In this document: one piece after another, positions 49,769-60,100 of the stretch
How the letters are laid out: each line of letters opens with the position of its first letter
Position numbering within the stretch: the first letter of the stretch is position 1
Assembly: GCA_965200835.1 (NCBI GenBank)
Contig: OZ241390.1
Span: forward strand, 2,448,416-2,512,415
Reading direction: 5' to 3'
Source: Acidimicrobiia bacterium
Lineage (GTDB): Bacteria; Actinomycetota; Acidimicrobiia; Spongiisociales; Spongiisociaceae
Length of the DNA: 64,000 nucleotides
The notes under the pieces: model-generated
What the model saw: only the letters and a program-made list of their open reading frames with translations
The model's database searches: none
Told to the model about the DNA's origin: nothing
Position numbers and translations under genes: made by a program

Positions 49769-52700
49769 TTGACCGAAAACACGCTTCCCACACGAGCGCC
49801 CTCGGTGGGCGAGCTGGTAAAGGTCAGGTCACGCCAGTGGCTCGTGGAGGAAGTGGGCCAGTCCGACAACCCTGATCACTCTCCCCGCGTGCCGCTCGCC
49901 TGCGTCGACGATGACAATCAGGGCCAGCGCCTCTCTGTGTTCTGGAAATACGAACCGGATCGGCTGATCCTCGAGGACGCCGGTTGGAACCACCTGGCGA
50001 CCAAGGGCTTCGACCCACCCCGGCGCTTCGCGGCCTTCCTCAACACCCTGCGGTGGAACTGCACCACGGCCACCGACCCCACCCTGCTCCAGGCGCCCTT
50101 CCGAGCGGGCATCACCATCGATGCCTACCAGATGGAACCCCTCCGCAAGGCCTTGCGCCTCCCGCGGGTGAACCTGCTGATCGCTGACGACACCGGCCTG
50201 GGCAAGACCATCGAGGCGGGCTTGATCACCCACGAGCTGCTCCTCCGCCGCAAGGTCAAGGTCATCGTGGTGGCCGCGCCCCCGTCGATGCTGGAGCAGT
50301 GGAAGGGAGAGATGGAGGATCGCTTCGGGCTGGTGTTCGAGGTGCTCGACCGGAGCTACGTCTCGAGGATGCGGCGTGAGCGAGGTTTCGGGGTCAACCC
50401 GTGGCGGACCCACAGCCGGTTCCTGGTGTCGCACCGCCTGCTGATCGACCCCTCCTACACCGACCCGATGCGGGAGTGGTTGGGTGACCTCCGCACCGGC
50501 AGCCTGCTGATCCTCGACGAGGCGCACCATGCCGCCCCCACTTCGGGCGGGCGCTACGGCATCGAGACCAAGTTCACCCGGGCAGTTCGCGATCTCGCCC
50601 ACCGCTTCGAGCATCGCCTGTTCCTGTCGGCCACGCCCCACAACGGGCACTCCAACAGCTTCTCCACCCTGCTGGAGATCCTCGACCCGTACCGGTTCAC
50701 CAGGGGAGTCAAGGTGACCGCACCCAAACAGGACCTCGCTCCGGTGATGGTGCGCCGGCTGAAGGAGGACATCCGGGCGCTGCAAGGTGGGTTCCCCAAG
50801 CGCAACGTCCAGCGGATCGAGATCGACGGCTTGCCCCACGACGCTCCGGAGTTGGCCCTGTCCCGGTTGCTGGATGAGTACGGCCGGGTACGCGATGAGC
50901 GCTACTCGCTGGAGTCGAAACGAGTCCGTTATGCGGCGAGGCTGATGGTGGTCGGCCTGCAGCAGCGCCTGCTGTCATCGATAGAGGCCTTCCATCGCAG
51001 CCTCCTGGTCCATCGCCGGACCGTGTTACGCCACTGGACCAAGGCCCACGAAGAGGTGTCTGAAGACACTCCACAAGGGCGCGGGATCACGACGAGTGAG
51101 CGCCATGACTTCGTGGCAGCTGCCGATGCGGACGATGACCGAGCCGAGTTGACTCCGGAGGAGGCGGGAGCGGACGAGCAGGCCCAGATCGAGGAGATCA
51201 ACGCGGCCTCCCTTCCCTCGCGGGACCCGGCGAGGGCAGCTTGGGAACGGGAACAGCGCCTCCTCGACCGGATGCAAGCGATAGCGAAGAAGGCCAGGCA
51301 TCATCCCGATGCCAAGACCCGCTGGCTGATCGACTGGATCCGCCGCCACCAGTGCCCGGATCTGCCCGAGCTCGGCCGACCCATCATCGGCCCTCCGCCG
51401 ACCTGGACCGACCGCCGGGTGCTGATATTCACCGAGAACCGGGAAGGCACGAAGAAGTACCTGAAGTCGATCCTCGAGCAGGCCATCTTCGGTTCCGACC
51501 GGGCGGACGACCGGATAGCGATCATCGACGGGCTGACCAGCCCGGCCCGCCGCCGGGATGTCCGGCGCCGCTTCAACGCCGATCCCGCCCGCGAGCCCCT
51601 GCGGATCCTGATCGCCACCGACGCCGCCCGGGAAGGCCTCAACCTGCAAGCCCAATGCTCGGACATGTTCCACTTCGACCTGCCCTGGAACCCCGGCCGC
51701 ATCGAGTAACGCAACGGTCGGATCGACCGAAAGCTCCAACCCGCCGATCAGGTGAACTGCCACTATTTCGTGCTGCCCCAGCGGGTTGAGGACCGGGTGC
51801 TCGATGTCCTGGTCCGCAAGACTGAAACCATCAAGCAGGAGCTTGGTAGTTTGCCGAAGGCCATCGAGGACACAGTGGAGCAGCGCCTCACGCGGTACGG
51901 GATCCGTCACCACGATGCGGAGAACCTGCGGCGCAAGGTAGAGGCCGAGTCGGTGGACCAAGCTCACGCAAGCGTGTCCGACGAGGAACTCGAAGCCGCC
52001 CGGGACCGCCGCCATGACCTCCAGGATCAGATAGAACGCTGCCGCCGGCTCCTCCAGAAGTCCCGGAGCTGGGTGAGATTTTCCCCCGAGCCCTTCCACC
52101 AGGCCATCGACTGCTCCCTGGAGCTGCTGGGTGCCCCACCCCTGGTGGAGAGCACCCAGGTCCAGGGGGGGGGGGCGTCGTCGAGTTTGGAAGTTCCCTG
52201 AGCTAGATCAGAGGGCAACCACCGATCCGAGCTGGGTTTCCACGCTCGACTCCCTGCGGGTTCCCCGCAAGATCGACCAGAAGATACCCGACTGGCGGCG
52301 CGACGCGCCCATCCGACCCCTGGTGTTCGAGGACACCGGACTGCTCGATGACCAGACCGTCCACTTCCACCTAGAGCAGCGAGTCGCTCAGAGGCTGCTG
52401 GCCCGCTTCCGATCCCAGGGCTTCATCCATCATGACCTTTCGAGGGCCTGCCTCCTGCAGTCGCGGGACGCAATATGCAGGGTGGTGCTCCTGGGACGGC
52501 TGTCGCTATACGGCCGGGGTGCTGAGCGCGTCCACGAGGAGCTCGTTCCGGTAACCGCCCGCTGGACCGATCCCGACCGGCGCTCTGGCCCCTTACGTGC
52601 CTACGCGACGGACACTGAGCGGTTCACTATGCGGCTGCTCGACGAGTCGTTGAGCTCCCAGGCTCGCTCGCCCAATCCGCAGGTCAAGCGGCGGCTGCTG

Positions 52701-53081
52701 GGCAGTGTCGCCCAGGACATCGAGGAACTACGTCCACATCTAGAGCCCCGCGCCGCCACGTTTGAGGAGCGCGCCAGAGAGCAACTGGCAGAACGCGGTA
52801 AGCGAGAGGAGCGGATGCTGCATGACACGCTCGAGCGGCACCGCACCCAGGTGGTTGCCCAACTCTCCCGTTATAAGCGCGACCTCAAGCAGCTGTCCCT
52901 GGGGTTCAACGTTGCGGAGAGGGGGCAGCTCAAAGCCGACATCCGCCACTGGGGCCGGCGCCTGGAGAAGTTCGATCAGGACTTGATGGACGAGCCCGCC
53001 CGGGTTCGCGAGCTCTACCGAGTGCGGGTCACCCGGGTGGAGCCGGTGGGCCTCGTCTACCTATGGCCGGAGGGAAACTGA
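49769..53081 (+). pseudogene. SNF2-family helicase (DISARM DrmD-like) with an in-frame TAA at 51707 and a G11-tract frameshift at 52165
   Basis: Walker A LIADDTGLGKT, DEAHH box, LSATPHNG and motif VI DLPWNPGRIE-*-RNGRIDR, with the stop in place of the conserved Gln. ORF 51752..52201 continues in the same frame. After the G11 run, the frame of ORF 52131..53081 continues for a further 300 aa. Confidence 0.7.
52165..52175 (+). repeat. G11 homopolymer tract inside the SNF2 helicase gene
   Basis: Eleven consecutive G residues read directly. Reading frames switch across it. Confidence 0.9.
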
Positions 53082-56000
53082 TGCCCAAGCCCAACCGCTA
53101 CATCACCGACCATCTCGAATGGATCGGCTTCGTTCGGCCCACCGGTCTGGTGGTGTCAGCTCCCGCCTTGGTAAAGGCGGGCGTCATCCTCAACCGTCGG
53201 GATCGGGCCGGCCAGCAACTACTCAAGGAGTGCCTACCGAACGGCTCGGGTACGACGGGATCACAACCCGACCCGGCCCCCGTACTTCCGGACTTCCCGG
53301 CCTTCGCCCGTACGGTGCTCGGCTGGAGTTTCTCTCCCAAGGGCTATGCCGGTACGGAGGAATCACCGATTCCCTCCGAGCTCGAGCTCTCCCTACCCGA
53401 TTCCGGAGGCGGGTTCCGGCCTGACTTCGCAGTTCTAGCCGACCCTGCCCGGTCCCGGCCGCCCGCCACCAACGGAAACAAGCGTGAAGGGACCGACCGG
53501 GCATCGCCCTGGCAGCTGCTGGTCAGCACCTACGAGCCCTGCGAAGACTTCGACAAGACAGCCTCGAACGGCTCGGGAGTGGAGATGTCGCCCCACAGCC
53601 GGATGGAGCGCCTGCTACGTGACACCCGGGTGCCCGCCGGGCTCCTTTTCGACGGAACGACCATTCGCCTGGTGTCCGCTCCCAAGGGCGAGAGCTCGGG
53701 ATGGATGGACTTCCAGGTGGGCGACATGATCCAGACCGCTGGGCGCCCGATCTGCACTGCGATGCGCGAGCTGCTCAGCCAGACCCGGCTCCTAGTCGTA
53801 GGGCGCGACCAGCGCCTGGCCGCGCTGCTGGAGGACAGCCGGAAGTTCCAGAACGAGGTGAGCGAGCGCCTGGCCGAGCAGGTACTGCACGCTCTGTACG
53901 AGCTACTGCGAGGTTTCCAAGCCGCCGATGACACCGCAAAAGGCCAGCTACTTGGACGCTGGCTGGCTGACCAACCCGATGAGATCTACAGGGGGTTGCT
54001 CACCGTGGTGCTGCGCCTGGTCTATCTGCTGTACGCCGAGGAACGCGACCTGCTGCCCCAGGACGAGACCTTCCTAGGGCCTACTCGGTGTCAGGCCTAT
54101 ATGAGCGTCTGCGGGCTGACGCCTCCCTCCATCCCGACACTATGGACCAGCGCTACGGAGCCTATGCCCAGCTCCTAGCCCTATGGCGCATGGTTCATGA
54201 CGGGGCCAAAGCGACCGACATGGTGATGTCGCCCAAGTATGGCGACCTCTTTTGCCCGACCGCTACCCCTTCCTCGAAGGCAGTCTGGGGGCCAGGCAGA
54301 CGACTGACCGCATCGAGGCACCGCTGGTACCCGACGGCACTATCCATCGGGTGCTGGAGAAGCTGATCGTGCTGGACTCCGAGCGCATCTCCTACCGAGC
54401 TCTCGATGTGGAGCATATCGGTTCGGTGTACGAGACCATGATGGGTTTCCGCCTCGAGAGGGCCACCGGTCGCAGCATCGCCATCAAGGCTGCCAAGAAA
54501 CACGGCGCTCCGGCCACCATCAACCTCGATGAACTGCTCTGTCAGGCTTCCAGTAGCCGGACCAAGTGGGTCAAGGATCGGACCGATCGACAACTAAGCG
54601 CAAAGGTGGGCCGGGCGGTCCGGGAAGCCACCACGCTGGAGGAGCTCCATGCCGCCCTCGATCGGGTGATCGACCGCCAGGCCACACCTGATCTCGTCCC
54701 GCCCGGCGCCATGGTGCTGCAACCCAGCCAGGAGCGCCGCCGCTCGGGTTCCCACTACACGCCCCGCAGCCTGACGGAGCCGATCGTCCGCAAGGCGCTG
54801 GACCCAATCCTGGACCGCCTCGCTGAAGAACAAGAGGGCCCACTTCGACCGGAACAAATCCTCGACCTGAAGGTGTGCGACCCGGCCATGGGCTCGGCGG
54901 CGTTCCTGGTAGAAGCGTGCCGCCAGCTGGCCGACGCCCTGATCGAAGCTTGGCGGGCCCACGAAGAAGCACCCGACCTCCCCCCGGGCGAGGACCAGCA
55001 GATCTTCGCTCGCCGACTGGTGGCTCAACGCTGCCTCTACGGAGTCGACCGCAACCCCAAGGCAGTGGACCTAGCCAAGCTGTCGTTGTGGCTCATCACC
55101 CTGTCCAAGGACCATCCGCTCACTTTCCTCGACCACGCCCTCCGCCATGGCGACTCGCTAGTGGGTCTGTCGATCCCTCAGATAAGGGCTTTCCATTGGA
55201 AAGGCAACGCTCCCGCCTTTCAGGAGGGTTTTGAGGCCCTCCGAGGACAGCAGCTACTCGCCGATGCAGCCGAGCTACGCAGGTGGATTCGCGAGGAAGG
55301 CGACACCATATCCGAGCGGGAGATGCGCGAAGCGTGGATGGAGTCGCGTGAAGTGACCGACGACCTCCGCTTGTTGGGGGACCTGGTGCTGGCGGCGTTC
55401 TTCGATGAGTCCACGCCAACGGCGCGGGAGGCACGTCGTAAAAGGTTCGCGAATGGCGTTCAGAACGGTATCGAGGGACAGTATCGCGCCTGGATGGAGG
55501 AACTTCGCAACCAGGACCGACCCCTCGCGCCACTCCACTGGCAGATCGAGTTTCCCGAGGTCTTCGACCGTCCCAATCCCGGCTTCGATGTCATAGTCGG
55601 TAATCCACCATTCGCTGGTAACAACACTATTACCGCTTCGAACATCAACCGCTATTCCCACTGGCTCAAGGAGATGCATGTTGAGAGCCACGGCAATTCG
55701 GACTTGGTAGCTCACTTCTTTCGGCGAGCCTTCAATCTGGTCCGTATGGGTGGAACCTTTGGTCTTATCGCTACCAATAGCATCTCCCAAGGTGACACAC
55801 GCTCGACGGGACTACGATGGATATGCAAGAACGGCGGAGAAATATTTTGTGTTCGCAAGCGTGTGAAGTGGCCTGGACAAGCTGCGGTAGTAGTGAGTGT
55901 ACTCCACATCAGCAGAGGTGGATTTCACGGCTACAGGCTCCTTGACGGTCACTCCGTATCAAAGATCACAGCCTTCTTATACTATCGAGGCAAGAACGAT

Positions 56001-57107
56001 GATCCGAGGTCGTTGAAAGCTAACATAGCCAAGAGTTTCTTGGGTAGTATAATACTGGGGATGGGGTTTACTTTTAACGATAACGATAAGGAGCGTGTGG
56101 CTACACCAATTAGAGAGATGGAAAGACTCCTAAGGTCTAATCCTTCGAATCAAGTGGTTATTTGTCCATATATAGGAGGGAGGGAGCTAAATAACAACCC
56201 GACCCAAAAAAACCATCGTTCCGTAATTGACTTCGGGGAGAGAAGTTTGTCAAAGTGCAGATTCCATTGGCCCGACTTACTAGAGATAGTAACCAATAAG
56301 GTTAGACCAATACGAATCAAGAAGCGTTATCCTCGTATGGCGAATGAGTGGCGGAAACATTATGCACCCCAATTAAAACTATACGATTCTATTAGGGGTT
56401 TAAAACGGGTTATGGCAACTTGTAGGGTTAGCCAACACATGTCTTTTGCCTTTCTGTCTAACGGAATGGTCTATGCAGACTCATTAGTTATATTCTCCTA
56501 TGAGAGATTCGCCGCATTCTGCGCGCTCCAAGCAAGACCTCACGAGATCTGGTCTCGATTCTTCGGATCCTCGATGAAGGACGACTTACGCTATACAGTC
56601 ACAGACTGTTTCGAGACATTTCCACTTCCGAATAGCTGGGAGAGCCGCTCCGACTTCGAATCAGCAGGTGAGGAATACTACGAGTTCCGGGCAGACCTGA
56701 TGAAATTCAACGATGAAGGCTTGACCAAGACATACAACCGATTCCATGATCCCAGCGAGAACGATGCCCGGATTATCGAACTCCGTAGACTGCATGCCGC
56801 CATGGATCGGGTTGTACTGGACGCATACGGGTGGAGTGACATCCCGACGGACTGTGAGTTCCTGCTCGACTACCCGATCGATGAGGACAACTGGGGCAGG
56901 AAGAAGAAGCCTTACCGCTACCGCTGGCCTGACGAGGTTCGTGATGAGGTGCTGGCTCGGTTGCTGGAGCTCAATGCCGAGCGGGCTGCTGAAGAAGCAC
57001 GGTCCGGTCAAGCCAACCCACCGCGTGGCCGGGGACGGCTCCAAAAGTCGCCACCCACGACTTCTCCATCCAACCAACTCACCTTGAGCCCTTCCAATGG
57101 CACCTGA
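53081..57107 (+). pseudogene. Eco57I/type IIG-like N6-adenine DNA methyltransferase (DISARM DrmMI-like / PglX-like), two frameshifts
   Basis: ORF 53063..54178 in frame A, ORF 54088..54366 in frame B (SGLYERLRADASLHPD...) and ORF 54252..57107 in frame C. Frame C carries motif I (DPAMGSAAFLVEA) and motif IV (VIVGNPPF). An ATG at 53081 overlaps the upstream TGA (TGATG). Confidence 0.75.
55740..56800 (+). other. low-GC (about 45-50%) segment inside the methyltransferase ORF
   Basis: Base composition falls sharply against about 68% flanks while the reading frame stays open (ICKNGGEIFCVRKRVKW ... NRFHDPSEND). It lies downstream of the NPPF catalytic motif, where target-recognition domains sit. Confidence 0.7.
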
Positions 57108-57120
57108 ATGGAGGTGACCC

Positions 57121-60100
57121 ATGCCTGAGCCGGACCCATCTCCCGGATGGAACGAGGCCCCCTCACCGGAGGTGCGCGACTACCTGGTCGAAGCGTTGCG
57201 GCTCGATCTGGTCGGTCCGGGGGCTGGCCATCACCTGGCCGATGAGCAGCTGCCGGGATGGGTTAGACCGTCCAGCTGGTACCTCACCGGGTTTCTGATC
57301 CCCTCGGGCACGCCACTCGAGTTGCGCTCCGACAACGACGAGGACGACCCGCTGGACGAGACTCCGGCCACCGCCGGTCTGGCTGAGGAGTCGTCGGAGG
57401 AGCGGAGGGCAGCCCGCAAGAGCTTCTTCCCGTCGTCGATCGGGCTGAGCTTCCTCGTCCCACACAAGACGGAGGTGCTGGACATAACCGTTCGCTGGGG
57501 CGACTACCAGCGGTCGACCACCGAGGGCACCGACGGCAAGCCGCTGAAGGTGTGGCAGAGGCACCCGCAGGAGCACACCGTGGCGGTCACTCTCCCGGAC
57601 CGATCCTCCGATCATGAGGTTCCGGAGTCCGGTGGGCTGGGGCTGCACATGGTCACGAGGCCAGTGGAGGTCGAGGGTCCCGACGGCCTCACCCAGCAGG
57701 TCAATTCGGTGTCGATATTCCTGGTCAACCATCGGCCCTCGCTCGGGGGCCAGCCCGGCGACGTTACGAGCCTCGGCGACGCCGATCTCGGCTACGCCTT
57801 CCAGGCCGAGCTCGAGATCACCAGTGAGGTGCCATTCGTGCCCCGTCCTGACCCCCGTGGGGCGCATGGTCGGGAGTGGGACGACCAGGTAGCCGACCTC
57901 CACTATGCGGACACACCTGAGTACGCGGTCGGCCACGGGGTATCAGCCGAGTGGGAGGTGGTGGGCGGCAAGTGCCATGTCCTGCGCACTACCTGGATCC
58001 CGGACGCCGCAGTGGCGAAGACCGAGGCCACCTCGAAGCCGGAGGCGGAGCTGTCGATGGAGGTGCTCGGAAGTCTTCCGGATGGCGACGCGGTATCGGC
58101 GGCCTTGCGGCCGCTGGTAGAGCACTACCGAGCCTGGATCGACAGCCAGTACCGGACTCTCACCGCACACACGGGTGACCGCCGGAAGACCGCGGGGGAG
58201 CTATTGAGTCACGCCCGCGGGGCCGCCGACCGTATCGAGCGGGGGATCGACCTGCTGGTTACCGACCCGGACGCCCTCGACGCCTTTCGGGTGGCCAACC
58301 GGGCCGTGGCCACTGCCTTGCAGAGGAGGATCGGCTCCCCACCTGAGGAGTCGGGATGGCGCTGGTATCCATTCCAGCTGGCGTTCATCCTGCTCAACCT
58401 CCCCGGTCTGGGCGATCCGCAACATCCCGAGCGCCCAGTGGTCGACCTCCTCTTTTTCCCGACCGGCGGCGGCAAGACCGAGGCCTATCTGGGTCTGGCG
58501 GCCTTCACCATGGTGCTGAGACGCTTGCGGGAACCCGGCCATGAGGGCCGGCAAGGGGCAGGCGTCACCGTGATCATGCGTTACACGCTCTGGCTCTTGA
58601 CCCTGGATCAGCTGGCCCGGGCCTCCGGCCTGGTGTGCGCGCTGGAACTGGAGCGCCAGCTCGATCCCGACCGCTATGGAACCTGGCCGTTCGAGATCGG
58701 CCTGTGGGTGGGCAAGGCGGCCACCCCCAACGCGATGGGTCGGGTGCGTGACGGACGGCAGGACACGGCCCGGGCCAAGACCCGCCGATACAAGGCCAAT
58801 CCGGGATACCACCCCCTGCCCATTCCCCTCGAGACCTGCCCGTGGTGCGGTCAGCAGTTCGAGCCGGCGAGCTTCACGCTGCTGCCCGACGACGAGCTGC
58901 GCATCGTGTGCCTCAACTTCGAGTGTGACTTCCAAGGGGACAACCCGCTGCCGATCGTGGCGGTGGACGATCCCATCTACCGGCGTCTGCCTGCCTTCCT
59001 GATCGCCACGGTCGACAAGTTCGCCTCCCTGCCCTGGACGGCCCGCACCGGCCTGTTGCTCGGCGGCGCCGACCGCATCGACGCCAAGGGCTACTACGGA
59101 GCGGCCGATCCCGGAATCGGTCGCCCGCTCGACCACCCGCTACTGGCCCCTGACCTGATCATCCAGGACGAGCTGCACCTGATATCAGGGCCCTTGGGCA
59201 CCATGGCCGGCCTGTACGAGACGATCATCGAAGCCTTATCTGTCCAGGCCAGCGAGCGGGCCGGTCATCGTCCAGAGGGCCGCCGGTCGCCGCAGGTACG
59301 GCCCAAGATCGTGGCCTCCACTGCAACAGTCCGCCAGGCGCAGAGTCAGGTCCAGGCCCTGTTCGCCCGGTCGGCCACCCGGGTGTTCCCACCCCCAGGG
59401 CCGGACCGGAAGGATTCGTTCTTCGCCGAGACTGTCCCCACCACCCAGGTACCCGGCCGCTTGTATCTCGGTATCGCGGCGCCGGGACGGAGTCCCAAAG
59501 TCCTGATGCGCCGGGTCTGGCTGGCCCTGATGGGATCCGCCGAGCGGGCCTACCGAGACGCCGGCGGGCGCAAGAACCGGGACAACCCGGCCGATCCCTA
59601 CATGACCGTGCTGGGTTACTTCAACAGCCTGCGGGAGCTGGGTGGGGCGCGCCGCATCCTCGAGGAGGAGGTCCGCAACACCGTCAAGACCTACGGGCGT
59701 CGCCGCCGGATCGGCCAGTCCTTCCAGGAAGCACCGTTCCGGGATCGGACCAGCTTCGCGGAGGTGGTGGAGCTCACCTCCCGGGTTCCGACCGGCAAGG
59801 TGGCCGAGGCGAGACGGCGGCTGGGATGCGCCAAGCACGAGCAGGACAGCGTGGACAGCGCTATCGCCACCAACATGATCTCGGTGGGTCTCGACATCCC
59901 CCGGCTCGGGCTGATGGTGGTAGTCGGCCAGCCCAAGACCCACTCCGAATACATCCAGGCCACCAGCCGGGTGGGGCGGGACGATCAGCGGCCGGGACTG
60001 GTGGTGACCTTGCTCAACATGCACAAACCCCGCGACCGATCCCACTACGAGCGCTTCCGTCACTACCACGAGACCTTCTACCGCTCCGTGGAGGTGTCCA

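Noticed and set aside
52131-53081. Independent 316-aa gene starting at ATG 52131
   Set aside because: This start lies upstream of the G11 tract and would overlap the helicase by 70 nt. There is no further ATG for more than 150 codons after the tract. A frame-shifted continuation of the SNF2 gene is more parsimonious, although a separate gene is not excluded.
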